Shown piece by piece: positions 50,783-60,426 of a stretch of 64,000 bases of DNA; the stretch's first letter is position 1, and each line of letters starts with the position of its first letter. The position numbers and the translations under genes are program-made. The notes beneath the pieces were generated by a model. The model was not told the DNA's origin. It did not search any database and worked only from the letters and a program-made list of their open reading frames with translations. This DNA comes from Deltaproteobacteria bacterium (GTDB lineage Bacteria; UBA10199; SBBF01): NCBI GenBank assembly GCA_016183175.1, contig JACPFC010000054.1, positions 8,313 through 72,312 on the forward strand, given 5' to 3'.

Positions 50783-52966
50783 ATGCTTCCGGTAAAGGCT
50801 TCCGGGCGCGATCCCCTCCAAACCCCGGTGCAATACGTCAAAGGGGTCGGCCCCTACATCAGCTCCCTCTTGGCCAAAAAAGGGGTAAGCCAGGTTTCCG
50901 ACCTCTTTTATTATTTTCCCCTCCGCTACCTCGACCGAAGCAAGATCGATTCCATCCGCAAACTTCAACCGGGAAAAGAAAAGTGCATTGTCGGTCAGGT
51001 GGTCGGCATGGGTACCCGTACCATGGGGCGGAGGCAAAGAAAAATTTGTGAAATGGTGATCTCCGATGATACCGGCGTGGCGCTGGTCGTCTGGTTCCAT
51101 TTCAACGAAAAATACCTTCAAAAAAAATATCCGGCGGGGAAAAAACTGCTGATCTTCGGCGAATGCCAGTTTTTCGGGGCTCAAAAACAGTTTGTCCATC
51201 CTGACATCGAAGAATGGGATGAAGATGAAACAGCGAGCAAAGCGAGCGAGAGGGGGAGGCTCCATCCGGCTTTGCCGGTGGAGGGGGCTTTGCCTGCCCC
51301 CATGATGATCCCTGTCTATCCGCTCACCGAGGGGCTTTACCAGAAAACGATCCGGAAGATTGTTTTTAACGCCCTCGACGGCTACCTTGATTATCTCGAA
51401 GAAACGCCGCTTACGGTGCGTGCCGAGGGAAAAACGCCCATGAGCCTGAAAGAATCGATCGAAAAAATTCACCGGCCGCCGACGGACGCCGATATTTCGG
51501 CTCTCAATAATCAGCAGAGCCTCTGGCATCAGCGGGTGATCTACGACGAACTTTTTTTTCTTCAACTGGGGTTGGGGTTGAAAAAACAGGGGTATAAGAA
51601 AGAAAAGGGGATTTTGTTCGCCCCGTCGAAAACCCTTAAAGTCGGGGCCCTCGGGCTGATTCCTTTTGATCTGACCAACGCGCAGATGCGGGTTTTGGGT
51701 GAAATCGAGGCCGACTTTTTAAAACCGGAACCGATGAACCGTCTTTTGCAGGGGGATGTCGGGTGCGGGAAAACGCTGGTCGCTTTTTTGGCCTCTCTGG
51801 TTGCCTGTGAGAACGGCTATCAGTCGGTCCTCATGGCCCCCACCGAGATTCTCGCCGGGCAGCACTATGTCAATTTAAAAAAGGTCGCCGATCCCTTGGA
51901 TGTCAGGATCGCCCTGTTGATGGGCTCGACGCCGAAAGGGGAGCGTGAGGAGATATTGAAGGAGTTGGCCTCCGGCAGAATCCGGATTATTTTTGGAACC
52001 CATGCCCTGATTCAGGAGGGGGTTGAATTTCATCGTCTCGGATTTATCGTGATCGATGAGCAACATCGGTTTGGGGTAAGGCAGAGGGCCGCGTTAAAAG
52101 GAAAAGGGAGGGGCGATTTTTCTCCTCATATTCTCGTGATGACGGCGACGCCGATTCCGAGGACGCTCGCCATGAGCGTCTACGGCGATCTGGATATTTC
52201 CATCATCGACGAACTGCCCTCCGGGCGAAAGCCGATCACGACTTATCTTTTCAACGAAAAGATGCGGCCTCGCGCCTACGATCTGATCCGCCGCGAACTG
52301 GAATGCGGGGGGCAGGTCTATTTTGTCTACCCGTTGATTGAAGAGAGTGAAAAGGTGGATCTGAAAAATGCCGTCGAGATGGCGGAATCTTTGAAGGCCG
52401 TTTTTTCAGATCATACGGTCGGGCTTCTCCATGGGCGGATGAATCCGGCGGAAAAAGAGGGGATCATGGATCGATTCAAAAAGAACGAGGTGCAAATTCT
52501 GGTTTCAACAACGGTTATCGAGGTGGGGGTCGATGTTCCGAATGCCACGGTGATGGTGGTCGAGCATGCGGAGCGGTTTGGACTTTCGCAATTGCATCAG
52601 CTCCGTGGACGGGTGGGACGCGGGGGAGAGCAATCGTATTGCCTGTTGATAGCCGGCTACGCCCAGTCGGAGGAGACCCGCTATCGCCTCAAGGCGATGG
52701 AAGAGACCAACGACGGATTCAAAATCGCCGAAGAAGATTTGAAAATCCGCGGCCCGGGCGATTATCTGGGGACACGGCAGTCAGGCCTGCCGGAATTTCG
52801 TCTGGCGCATTTGATTCGTGACGGTCATCTGCTGAATGCCGCACGGAAGAGGGCGTTTCAAATCATTGAAGAGGATCCTGGATTGGAGAAGGACGAACAT
52901 CGGCTCCTCAAAAAAATTCTGGCGCAGAGGTGGGAGGGAAAATTGGAGCTTGCTGACGTCTCGTGA
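50783..52966 (+). CDS. recG: ATP-dependent DNA helicase RecG
   Basis: QGDVGCGKT, DEQHRFG, TATPIPRT, QLHQLRGRVGRG. Confidence 0.97.
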   Translation: MLPVKASGRDPLQTPVQYVKGVGPYISSLLAKKGVSQVSDLFYYFPLRYLDRSKIDSIRKLQPGKEKCIVGQVVGMGTRTMGRRQRKICEMVISDDTGVALVVWFHFNEKYLQKKYPAGKKLLIFGECQFFGAQKQFVHPDIEEWDEDETASKASERGRLHPALPVEGALPAPMMIPVYPLTEGLYQKTIRKIVFNALDGYLDYLEETPLTVRAEGKTPMSLKESIEKIHRPPTDADISALNNQQSLWHQRVIYDELFFLQLGLGLKKQGYKKEKGILFAPSKTLKVGALGLIPFDLTNAQMRVLGEIEADFLKPEPMNRLLQGDVGCGKTLVAFLASLVACENGYQSVLMAPTEILAGQHYVNLKKVADPLDVRIALLMGSTPKGEREEILKELASGRIRIIFGTHALIQEGVEFHRLGFIVIDEQHRFGVRQRAALKGKGRGDFSPHILVMTATPIPRTLAMSVYGDLDISIIDELPSGRKPITTYLFNEKMRPRAYDLIRRELECGGQVYFVYPLIEESEKVDLKNAVEMAESLKAVFSDHTVGLLHGRMNPAEKEGIMDRFKKNEVQILVSTTVIEVGVDVPNATVMVVEHAERFGLSQLHQLRGRVGRGGEQSYCLLIAGYAQSEETRYRLKAMEETNDGFKIAEEDLKIRGPGDYLGTRQSGLPEFRLAHLIRDGHLLNAARKRAFQIIEEDPGLEKDEHRLLKKILAQRWEGKLELADVS
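51232..51288 (+). repeat. Module D (57 bp) in frame within recG
   Basis: Exact reverse complement of 55530-55586. Confidence 0.92.
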
Positions 52967-52967
52967 T

Positions 52968-53084
52968 AATGTCAAATTCCAAATGTCAAAGGAAAAAACA
53001 AATAGAAAAAACAAATTATAAAATTTGTTGAAATTGTTTTTTTTGGAGTTTCCTTTGAAATTTGAACTTTGACATTTGACATTT
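52968..53084. repeat. Inverted heptamer array
   Basis: AATGTCAAATTCCAAATGTCAAA ... TTTGACATTTGACATTT. Confidence 0.85.
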
Positions 53085-53089
53085 CCGAT

Positions 53090-53983
53090 ATGAAACCCCC
53101 CTGGCTCAAAAAAAAATTATCGCTCACCGCCCTTCAGCCGATGCAGAAAAAACTCCGTGCCTTAAACCTTCACACGGTCTGTGAGGAAGCCCGGTGCCCC
53201 AACATCTCCGAGTGCTTCGCCCGGGGAATCGCCACCATCATGATCATGGGGGAGGTTTGCACGCGGGCCTGCAAATTCTGCGCGGTGGCGACCGGGAGGC
53301 CAAAATCGCTTGATCCGGCCGACCCCCGCCGCGTCGCCCACTGGGCCTCCTCGCTTGGCTTGAAGCATCTGGTCATCACTTCGGTGGATCGCGACGATCT
53401 CCCCGATTTGGGGGCGGGACATTTTGCGGAGACCGTCCGGCAGATCCGAAGAGAAAATCCGGGAATGATTGTCGAAGTGCTGACCCCCGATTTTCAGGGG
53501 AAGGGGGAACTGATTTCTCAAGTCGCCGGGACGGGGCCGGAAATTTACAATCACAATCTCGAAACCGTTCAAAGGCTCACCCCCCGGGTTCGCTCTGCCT
53601 CCAAGTATGCCCGCTCTCTTTCGGTTATTTCCCATGTGAAAAAAAATTTTCCCCGTCAATTCACCAAATCGGGCCTGATGCTGGGATTGGGGGAGGAAGA
53701 GGAAGAGGTGATCGGCGCGATGAGAGATCTGGTTGAAAGCGGATGCGATCTACTCACTTTGGGGCAATATCTCCAACCGACCCCCAAACATCTGCCGGTT
53801 GTCGAGTACATTCATCCTGACCGTTTCAACACCTTCAAACAAATAGGAGAAGAAATCGGCTTTCGGGCGGTCTTTTCCGGTCCCTTTGTCCGTTCATCAT
53901 ATATGGCGGAGAATTTTTTAAAAGCGGCGCGTGAGTCGAAGGGCTCCTCCACCACCCCACCACCTTATAATCTCCTAAAATAG
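53090..53983 (+). CDS. lipA: Lipoyl synthase
   Basis: CEEARCPNISEC, CTRACKFC, RSSY. Confidence 0.97.
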   Translation: MKPPWLKKKLSLTALQPMQKKLRALNLHTVCEEARCPNISECFARGIATIMIMGEVCTRACKFCAVATGRPKSLDPADPRRVAHWASSLGLKHLVITSVDRDDLPDLGAGHFAETVRQIRRENPGMIVEVLTPDFQGKGELISQVAGTGPEIYNHNLETVQRLTPRVRSASKYARSLSVISHVKKNFPRQFTKSGLMLGLGEEEEEVIGAMRDLVESGCDLLTLGQYLQPTPKHLPVVEYIHPDRFNTFKQIGEEIGFRAVFSGPFVRSSYMAENFLKAARESKGSSTTPPPYNLLK

Positions 53984-53998
53984 TCGTTTTCTTTTAAG

Positions 53999-55024
53999 AA
54001 AAGGGGACAGGCACATAATTTATAATTTCAGCACCCGCGTCGTAAACAGGCTCTCTCCCTCCGTAAGATTCCGTGGCTTTATATGCCTGCGCCTGTTCTT
54101 TCCCTGAACCTGTTCAATGAGTTCCCTGCTCCCTATCGCGTGGCCCTCGGTAAGATTCCTCATCCGATATCGAAGCTGGTCGCCCAAACCGAGTCGGCCC
54201 AATAACCTCCTCACCTCCTGAACCTTCTTCTCAGAGATCGCCGCTCGGTTGTCCTTCTTGATTCCCCCGGCTTCATAAACAAAGAGACGATACAATGAAT
54301 ACCCTCCTCCCTCGCCTGTGACACGTTCGGGCGACAGGGGGCTTAATAGTCTCCTAGCCCTCTTCGGATCGCGTGACATCAAACCGATACTGCTCCATCG
54401 ATAATCCTCCGGCCATTTCACAATCCCCGCTCGTATGGGGTTCAAATCAATATAGGCGCTACAGACGAGTTGGGCCTCCCCCTTGCCGACGATTACCCCC
54501 TTGAACCGTTCCGCCCACAAGTAACCTCGCCTCTTTGAACGCTTGTTATACCAGCGACTCAATCCCTGCTTCAGTTCCTGAGTGAACCGAGAGATCGACC
54601 CGAGGCGGCTTCTCAACCGCTCGAGGCCATCGTCTTCATCGGGAAGTACAGTACCGTCTCGTTCATAGGACCCCGGAGGAGGCTGACTTTCTTTGCCAAA
54701 TATCTCCTGGTACCGTCTTATGAGTTCGCGTTTCGAAGCCTTCCGGACCTGCTGGTCGCGCTCTGTGGCCAGGATATGAAAGTGGTTGTCCAAAATACAG
54801 AATGAATGAACGTCTACAAAAAAGCCCTTTGAAAGTTTTTCCAGAAGCAGGAGGAAATATTCTTTTTCCTCGTCACCGAAGATACGTTCCCCTCCCGCAA
54901 CACGTGAGATAATGTGAAAGGAACCAGACAGTTCTGAGGTCCAAGAACGTGGCAACCGGGCCATAGGTAGGTCTTAATAACGACTCTTCTCCCAAATGTC
55001 AATATTATGTGCCTGTCCCCTTTT
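53999..55024 (-). mobile_element. RAYT-type element bounded by perfect 21-bp inverted repeats
   Basis: AAAAGGGGACAGGCACATAAT (53999-54019) / ATTATGTGCCTGTCCCCTTTT (55004-55024); internal promoter TTGACA-17-TATTAA. Confidence 0.85.
54020..54964 (-). CDS. REP-associated tyrosine (HUH Y1) transposase
   Basis: MARLPR, FHIISR, ILDNHFH (HUH), GYLWAERFK, YIDLNPIRAG, YRWSS. Confidence 0.9.
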   Translation of the reverse strand: MARLPRSWTSELSGSFHIISRVAGGERIFGDEEKEYFLLLLEKLSKGFFVDVHSFCILDNHFHILATERDQQVRKASKRELIRRYQEIFGKESQPPPGSYERDGTVLPDEDDGLERLRSRLGSISRFTQELKQGLSRWYNKRSKRRGYLWAERFKGVIVGKGEAQLVCSAYIDLNPIRAGIVKWPEDYRWSSIGLMSRDPKRARRLLSPLSPERVTGEGGGYSLYRLFVYEAGGIKKDNRAAISEKKVQEVRRLLGRLGLGDQLRYRMRNLTEGHAIGSRELIEQVQGKNRRRHIKPRNLTEGESLFTTRVLKL

Positions 55025-55111
55025 TCCACCGTAGGGATGGGTGGCAGAACTGGCATCGTTGCAGTCATCGTCATTGTCCACGTAACCGTCCGGTTGCCCG
55101 CACGCTTCCAT
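55025..55111 (-). pseudogene. Fragment with one MopE-like metal-binding repeat
   Basis: MEACGQPDGYVDNDDDCNDASSATHP running into the transposase right IR. Confidence 0.55.
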
Positions 55112-55138
55112 GGTAAAATCGGATTTTCTCCCTGTTTT

Positions 55139-55444
55139 TTATTTTCGGAGCCGGAAGCGGATATCGCCGATGGGCGTGGCAAGGTCGAGTGCGTTGATTT
55201 TTGAGAGGAGAATCTCCTTTTGCAGTTCGAGTTCGTTCATCCAGACAGGATGGGTTACCGAAACCACAAGGGTCTGGCCCGTCACATAATCGGGTTGGGC
55301 CCGGCTTGAGACGGTTTCGCCGACAATTTCCGTCCATTTTTTCCAGACGGGATAGACCCTGAATTTTTCCTCGAGGTTGAGGCCCTTCAAGGTCCCCGCA
55401 AGAATCGAATCAACCCGCTGAAAATCCGGTTTTTTTGAGGTCAT
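55139..55444 (-). CDS. DUF721/DciA family protein
   Basis: WTEIVG..SRAQP..LVVSVTHPVWMNEL..ILLSKIN..IGDIRF. Confidence 0.85.
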   Translation of the reverse strand: MTSKKPDFQRVDSILAGTLKGLNLEEKFRVYPVWKKWTEIVGETVSSRAQPDYVTGQTLVVSVTHPVWMNELELQKEILLSKINALDLATPIGDIRFRLRK

Positions 55445-55459
55445 TGAGAATAAGGATAC

Positions 55460-55724
55460 GTAACAATTCAGTCTCGGTGTCTGCTTTCGGTTCCATCGGA
55501 ACTCGCGGGTTATCACAGGGGCTCGCGTCGCCCCCTCCACCGGCAAAGCCGGATGGAGCCTCCCCCTCTCGCTCGCTTTGCTCGCTAGTGAGCGAGCGAC
55601 GGATTTATTCCGCGCGAGCGAACGGGGGGCGCGGGGGCGCCAGCGGCAAAGCCCCCGATTTAATAGGTTGCGCTCAAACAGCCGACAAAACCCAAAAGAC
55701 ATTCACCCGAGACTGAATTGTTAC
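55460..55724 (+). mobile_element. 172-bp element, copy 3, centre replaced by modules D and C (265 bp)
   Basis: Same terminal IRs (GTAACAATTCAGTCTCGG); 55516-55586 = D, 55588-55661 = C. Confidence 0.88.
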
Positions 55725-55805
55725 AAGGGTGCCAAAAAAAAACTTGAAGATCAATGTATTTCGGGCCTATCATTACTGTTCGCGATTCATCGAGTAGGGG
55801 GGGTT

Positions 55806-56174
55806 ATGAATAAAAAAGAACTCAAAAAATTCAGGGAACTTTTAGAAGAACGCCGTCAGGATATCCTGACCCAGGCCGAATCGACCAAGGAGAAGGGGAT
55901 GGTGTTCGACCCCGACGATCTGCCGGACGAGGTCGATCTGGCCGCCTCCGAGGCCGACCAGTCGATGAACTTGAGGCTCCGCGACCGCGAAAGGGTTCTG
56001 CTCCGCAAGGTGGACAAGGCCATCCAGAAAATCGAGGCGGGCGAATACGGAATCTGCGAAAGTTGCGGCGAAGAAATCGGCGCCAAGCGCCTTTTGGCCC
56101 GCCCCGTGACCGATTTGTGCATCAAGTGCAAGGAGGAACAGGAAAGGGTGGAAAGGTCGTACGCCGAGTCATGA
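55806..56174 (+). CDS. dksA: DksA/TraR family protein
   Basis: DEVDLA, YGICESCGEEI..RL.ARP..LCIKCKE. Confidence 0.92.
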   Translation: MNKKELKKFRELLEERRQDILTQAESTKEKGMVFDPDDLPDEVDLAASEADQSMNLRLRDRERVLLRKVDKAIQKIEAGEYGICESCGEEIGAKRLLARPVTDLCIKCKEEQERVERSYAES

Positions 56175-56722
56175 ATCCGCGCGAACGCCTTAAGGAACTT
56201 CTTTTAAAACTTTCCTACGAGCAAAAAGAGGTCACACTCGCCTCCGGCCGGAAAAGCGATTTTTATTTTGACGCCAGACAGACGGCGTTGAATCCGGAGG
56301 GGGCGCGGTTGTTGGGAGAACTGTTCTTTGAAAGAATCCAAAAGGAGAATCCGCCGGTTGAGGCGGTGGGGGGGCCTACCCTGGGGGCTGACCCGCTGGT
56401 CACGTCAGTTGCCCTTGTCAGCCATTTGAGAAAAAAACCGCTTCCCGCTTTCATCATCCGCAAGGAGCCCAAAAAACATGGGACCTTGAACTGGATCGAG
56501 GGATTTAAAAATTTGCGCCCCGGCATGCGGGTGGTTCTGCTGGAAGATGTGATCACCACCGGAAAAAGTTCTCTGGAGGCCGCCCAAAGGGCCCTTGAAG
56601 CCGGCCTTGAAGTCGCCGGTATTTTTGCCGTCATCGACCGCGAGGAGGGGGGGCGCGAGGCGATTGAAAAGGCGGGATACGAACTGAAAGTGTTGTTTAC
56701 GAAAAGCGAGCTTTTGAGTTAG
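56171..56722 (+). CDS. pyrE: Orotate phosphoribosyltransferase
   Basis: LASGRKSDFY, RKEPKKHG, LEDVITTG. Confidence 0.95.
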   Translation: MNPRERLKELLLKLSYEQKEVTLASGRKSDFYFDARQTALNPEGARLLGELFFERIQKENPPVEAVGGPTLGADPLVTSVALVSHLRKKPLPAFIIRKEPKKHGTLNWIEGFKNLRPGMRVVLLEDVITTGKSSLEAAQRALEAGLEVAGIFAVIDREEGGREAIEKAGYELKVLFTKSELLS

Positions 56723-56740
56723 CAAAGTTCAAAGTTTAAA

Positions 56741-57316
56741 GTGCAAAATTCAAAACCAGGGTATTTCATTATATTGGTCTGTTGCCTCATTGCTCCATTG
56801 ACGGCTCTTGGGGGATCCCTTTCCTATAAAAAGGTTCTCAAGAAATGGACGCGATCCGATTCGGTCTATCGGGCCAAGGATTTTCATGCCGAAGTCCTCT
56901 GGCACGCAACCATGCTCAACGACAGAATATTGAACGCCCAGGCGCTCAAATACGGCGAGCTCTACGATCTGTCGGATTCGGAACAGGAGGATTTTTTAAA
57001 CGAATTGACCCGCAAACAGGACGGCGCGGTTTTCTTTTTTGTCGCGTTTTACAATTACGACCGCCATTTCGACGATCTGGCCAATCCCCGCGCGAAATGG
57101 GACCTCCGATTGCAGGCCGGCGGGCGCGACTTTGCCCCGCTAAGGCTCGAAAAGGTCAACCGGCCCAATCCGCTGGAAAGGCTTTTTTACCCCTACCTCG
57201 ATTCGTGGTCGCGCGGCTATTACGTCTGGTTCCCCGCCGAAGCGGCCAACGATGAAGCCCCTTACACCCTTTCGGTCCATGGCCCTTTTGCCGCATCGAA
57301 ACTGGTATGGAAGTGA
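56741..57316 (+). CDS. Hypothetical exported protein
   Basis: Hydrophobic N-terminus; start lies in a heptamer tract and is uncertain. Confidence 0.65.
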   Translation: MQNSKPGYFIILVCCLIAPLTALGGSLSYKKVLKKWTRSDSVYRAKDFHAEVLWHATMLNDRILNAQALKYGELYDLSDSEQEDFLNELTRKQDGAVFFFVAFYNYDRHFDDLANPRAKWDLRLQAGGRDFAPLRLEKVNRPNPLERLFYPYLDSWSRGYYVWFPAEAANDEAPYTLSVHGPFAASKLVWK

Positions 57317-57325
57317 AAAAGGTGT

Positions 57326-58972
57326 TTACAAAGGGGTGTGGCGAATCACCGTGTCTTTTTTCTCCGATTCTTTCGGTTCAGGATAATCGAGATTATAATG
57401 AAGCCCCCGCGATTCCTTTCGGGCCATGGCGCAGTCGATGATCATCTCCGCCACGTCGGCTAGGTTGCGCAGTTCGACCAGATCCCGGGTGATCTTGAAA
57501 TTCCAGTAGTATTCCCGGATTTCTTCCTTGAGATTCCGGATTTTGTCGGTGCGGACGATGCCGACATAATTCCACATGAAGCGCCGGATCTCGTCCCAGT
57601 TTTGGGTGATGACGACCGCCTCGTTGGAATCCACGGCCTTTCCGGGGTCCCATGGCGGGATGGCCGTGCCCGTCTTTTTTGTTTTTGGGAGGTCCCGGAT
57701 GATGGCTTGAGACGCGTAATCGGCCGTTGCCACCCCTTCCAAAAGCGAGTTGGAGGCAAGCCGGTTGGCCCCGTGCAATCCGGTGCAGGCGGTCTCGCCG
57801 ATTGCGTAGAGCGACCCGATCTCCGTTTTTCCCTCCCCGTCAACGACAACGCCGCCGCAAAAATAGTGGGCCGCCGGAACGACCGGGATGGGGCCGCGCG
57901 CCGGATCGTAGCCCGATTTTTTGCAGGTATCGTAAATATGCGGAAACCGTTTTTTGATGAAGGCCCCTTTTTTGTGGGAAATATCGAGCAAAACATAGGG
58001 GGCGCCGGTCCGTTTCATCTCCGAGTCGATCGCCCGCGCCACGACGTCGCGCGGGGCCAGCTCCTTCATCGGGTGGCATTTCTCCATGAACCGCTCTCCG
58101 TCGGCCAGGAGAAGTTTCGCTCCTTCGCCGCGAAGGGCCTCGGAGATGAGGAAAATGCGTTCTTTCGGGATTCCCTTTCCGGCGGCACCGGCCCTGCCGG
58201 CCTGGCGGCCGACCCTGTCGGTTACCGGCGCCCAAGCGCCCGGGTTGTAGAGGCAGGTCGGGTGGAACTGGACAAACTCGAGATTCGCCATGCCTGCCCC
58301 CGCCCGGTACGCCATGGCCAGCCCATCGCCGGTGGCGATATCCGGATTGGTGGTGTAAAGATAGGCCTTGCCGGCGCCGCCGGTCGCCAGGAGGGTCGCC
58401 CCCGCCTCAAAGACCTTGATCTCTCCGCTTTTTGTATCGAGCACGTAGGCCCCCAGACAGCGGTTGCCGGCGCCCCATCCGTTTATTTTTCGGGTTGTGA
58501 TGAGGTCGATGGCGGTGTGAAATTCAAAGAGGCGGATTTTTTTGGTTTTTGCGGCTGACTTTAAGAGGGCCGATTCGAGCATGGCGCCGGTGGTGTCGGC
58601 CGAATGAAGAACACGGCGCCGGGAGTGCCCCCCCTCTCGGCCGAGGTCGAATTCGTTCCGGTCCTTTTTGGAAAATTTGGCCCCCCATTTCAAGAGTTCC
58701 CGGATCAGCCGGGGCCCGTCGCCGATAATTTTTTCCACGACATTGCGGCGGCACAATCCGGCGCCGGCGGTCAGCGTGTCTTTCATGTGCGATTCAAAAT
58801 TGTCGGCTGAAGACATCACGGAGGCGATTCCCCCCTGGGCATAACGGGTGTTGCTCTCCATCGCCTCGCGCTTGGTGACAACGGCGACGCGAAAACGATC
58901 GGCCAGCTTGAGCGCAGAGCTTAAACCGGCAATTCCGCTTCCGATGATTAAGACATCCGTTTTTATTGTCAT
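57326..58972 (-). CDS. nadB: L-aspartate oxidase
   Basis: GSGIAG, YAQGGIA, EGGHS, QFHPT, SEALRGEG, HGANRLASNSL, ESRGLH. Confidence 0.95.
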   Translation of the reverse strand: MTIKTDVLIIGSGIAGLSSALKLADRFRVAVVTKREAMESNTRYAQGGIASVMSSADNFESHMKDTLTAGAGLCRRNVVEKIIGDGPRLIRELLKWGAKFSKKDRNEFDLGREGGHSRRRVLHSADTTGAMLESALLKSAAKTKKIRLFEFHTAIDLITTRKINGWGAGNRCLGAYVLDTKSGEIKVFEAGATLLATGGAGKAYLYTTNPDIATGDGLAMAYRAGAGMANLEFVQFHPTCLYNPGAWAPVTDRVGRQAGRAGAAGKGIPKERIFLISEALRGEGAKLLLADGERFMEKCHPMKELAPRDVVARAIDSEMKRTGAPYVLLDISHKKGAFIKKRFPHIYDTCKKSGYDPARGPIPVVPAAHYFCGGVVVDGEGKTEIGSLYAIGETACTGLHGANRLASNSLLEGVATADYASQAIIRDLPKTKKTGTAIPPWDPGKAVDSNEAVVITQNWDEIRRFMWNYVGIVRTDKIRNLKEEIREYYWNFKITRDLVELRNLADVAEMIIDCAMARKESRGLHYNLDYPEPKESEKKDTVIRHTPL

Positions 58973-59033
58973 TTTTTTGTTTTCGTTGGACATTAGAGGC
59001 ATGATTCGTTAACGTCAAACATAAATATTTGTC

Positions 59034-59618
59034 ATGTCTCCCATCAACCGCAAGATTCTCTTTAACGTTCCCAACGTGATGTCTCTGGGGCGGATGGGCT
59101 CGATTCCGATCGTCATGGTTTTTCTTTTGCTTCAGGGACCGCATCGTTCCGACGACGAGAACCGTCTTTTTGCCCTCCTTTCCGCCATTCCCTTCATCGC
59201 CGCCGGGATTTTCGATCTCGTTGACGGCTACTGGGCAAGAAAATACGGCCAGGTGAGCACGATGGGAAAATTCATCGACCCCATGGCCGACAAGCTTATC
59301 CACATGACGGTGATGATCATGCTGATTCCGATGGAGCGGTTTCCCGCCTGGCTTTGCGTGGTCCTGCTGTTCCGCGAATTTCTCATCACCGGCTTGAGGT
59401 CGGTGGCGGCAGGCGAGGGGGTCATCATTGCGGCGGCGGAACTGGGAAAGCAGAAGACCGCCTGGATGAATTTCGGGCTTTCGGGGCTTTTGCTGTATTA
59501 TCCGGTTTTCGGCGTCAGTGTCTATTCGGCCGGCTGGATTTGCGTCGGTGTCGGCGTCTTTTTTAATGTTGTATCCGGCGTTCAGTATGTGGTGAAGTTT
59601 TTGGAAGCAAAGAAATAA
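59034..59618 (+). CDS. pgsA: Phosphatidylglycerophosphate synthase
   Basis: DLVDGYWAR..GKFIDPMADK, REF.ITGLR. Confidence 0.92.
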   Translation: MSPINRKILFNVPNVMSLGRMGSIPIVMVFLLLQGPHRSDDENRLFALLSAIPFIAAGIFDLVDGYWARKYGQVSTMGKFIDPMADKLIHMTVMIMLIPMERFPAWLCVVLLFREFLITGLRSVAAGEGVIIAAAELGKQKTAWMNFGLSGLLLYYPVFGVSVYSAGWICVGVGVFFNVVSGVQYVVKFLEAKK

Positions 59619-59623
59619 AATGA

Positions 59624-59795
59624 GTAACAATTCCGTCTCGGTGTCTGCTTTCGGTTCCATCGGAACTCGCGGTCTATTTGTCGCCACTCGAATTGTTGAT
59701 TCTCTCTTGGCTTGTACCAGTTGGCGATGGGCACTAAGGTTGCGCTCAAACACACCGATGGAACCTCAAGCATCCATCCGAGACTGAATTGTTAC
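59624..59795 (+). mobile_element. 172-bp element, copy 4
   Basis: GTAACAATTCCGTCTCGG / CCGAGACTGAATTGTTAC. Confidence 0.9.
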
Positions 59796-59799
59796 AAAA

Positions 59800-60297
59800 A
59801 TGATCTCCATAAAAGTAAAACGGGTGCGCGAGAGTCTCGATCCGCTCCCCCTCCCGGAATATCAGAGCGAACACGCCGCCGGGATGGATTTGATGGCCGA
59901 TATCGAAGAGGCGATCCATCTCAAGCCCCTTGAGCGGCGCCTTGTCCCCACCGGTCTGGCCATCGAGCTTCCGCCCGGTTTCGAGGCGCAGATCAGGCCT
60001 CGAAGCGGGCTTGCCGTGAGACAGGGAATCACGCTTCTCAACTCGCCGGGGACCATCGATGCCGACTACCGGGGCGAGATTTGCGTGATTATCGTCAATC
60101 TGGGGAACGAACCGGTCGTTCTCAACCGGGGCGACCGCATCGCGCAGATGATCGTGGCGCCCGTTGCGAGAGCGGAACTTGTTGAAGTCGCCGACCTTAA
60201 AGAAAGCGGGCGCGGAAAAAACGGTTTCGGATCTACAGGATCGGGGGCTTTGCCGCTGGCGCCCGGGGTCCCCACCGAACGCCACCGGTTCGAGTGA
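59800..60297 (+). CDS. dut: dUTPase with repeat-derived C-terminal extension
   Basis: [35 protein letters not shown]. Confidence 0.95.
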   Translation: MISIKVKRVRESLDPLPLPEYQSEHAAGMDLMADIEEAIHLKPLERRLVPTGLAIELPPGFEAQIRPRSGLAVRQGITLLNSPGTIDADYRGEICVIIVNLGNEPVVLNRGDRIAQMIVAPVARAELVEVADLKESGRGKNGFGSTGSGALPLAPGVPTERHRFE

Positions 60298-60412
60298 GGT
60301 GGGGGCGGAAACTGATTCCGCTCCCAAGCCGCTTAATCCGCCACCGGCGGCGCGGCTTGGGAACCCTACCCCCCGTTCGCTCGCGTCCGCCTGAGGCGGA
60401 ACGCTCGCTCAC
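60240..60412 (-). repeat. Family C element split by nested family B element (60316-60367)
   Basis: C halves at 60368-60412 and 60240-60265; B core differs at 3 nt from 29095-29146. Confidence 0.8.
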
Positions 60413-60426
60413 CATAGGGATTGGAT

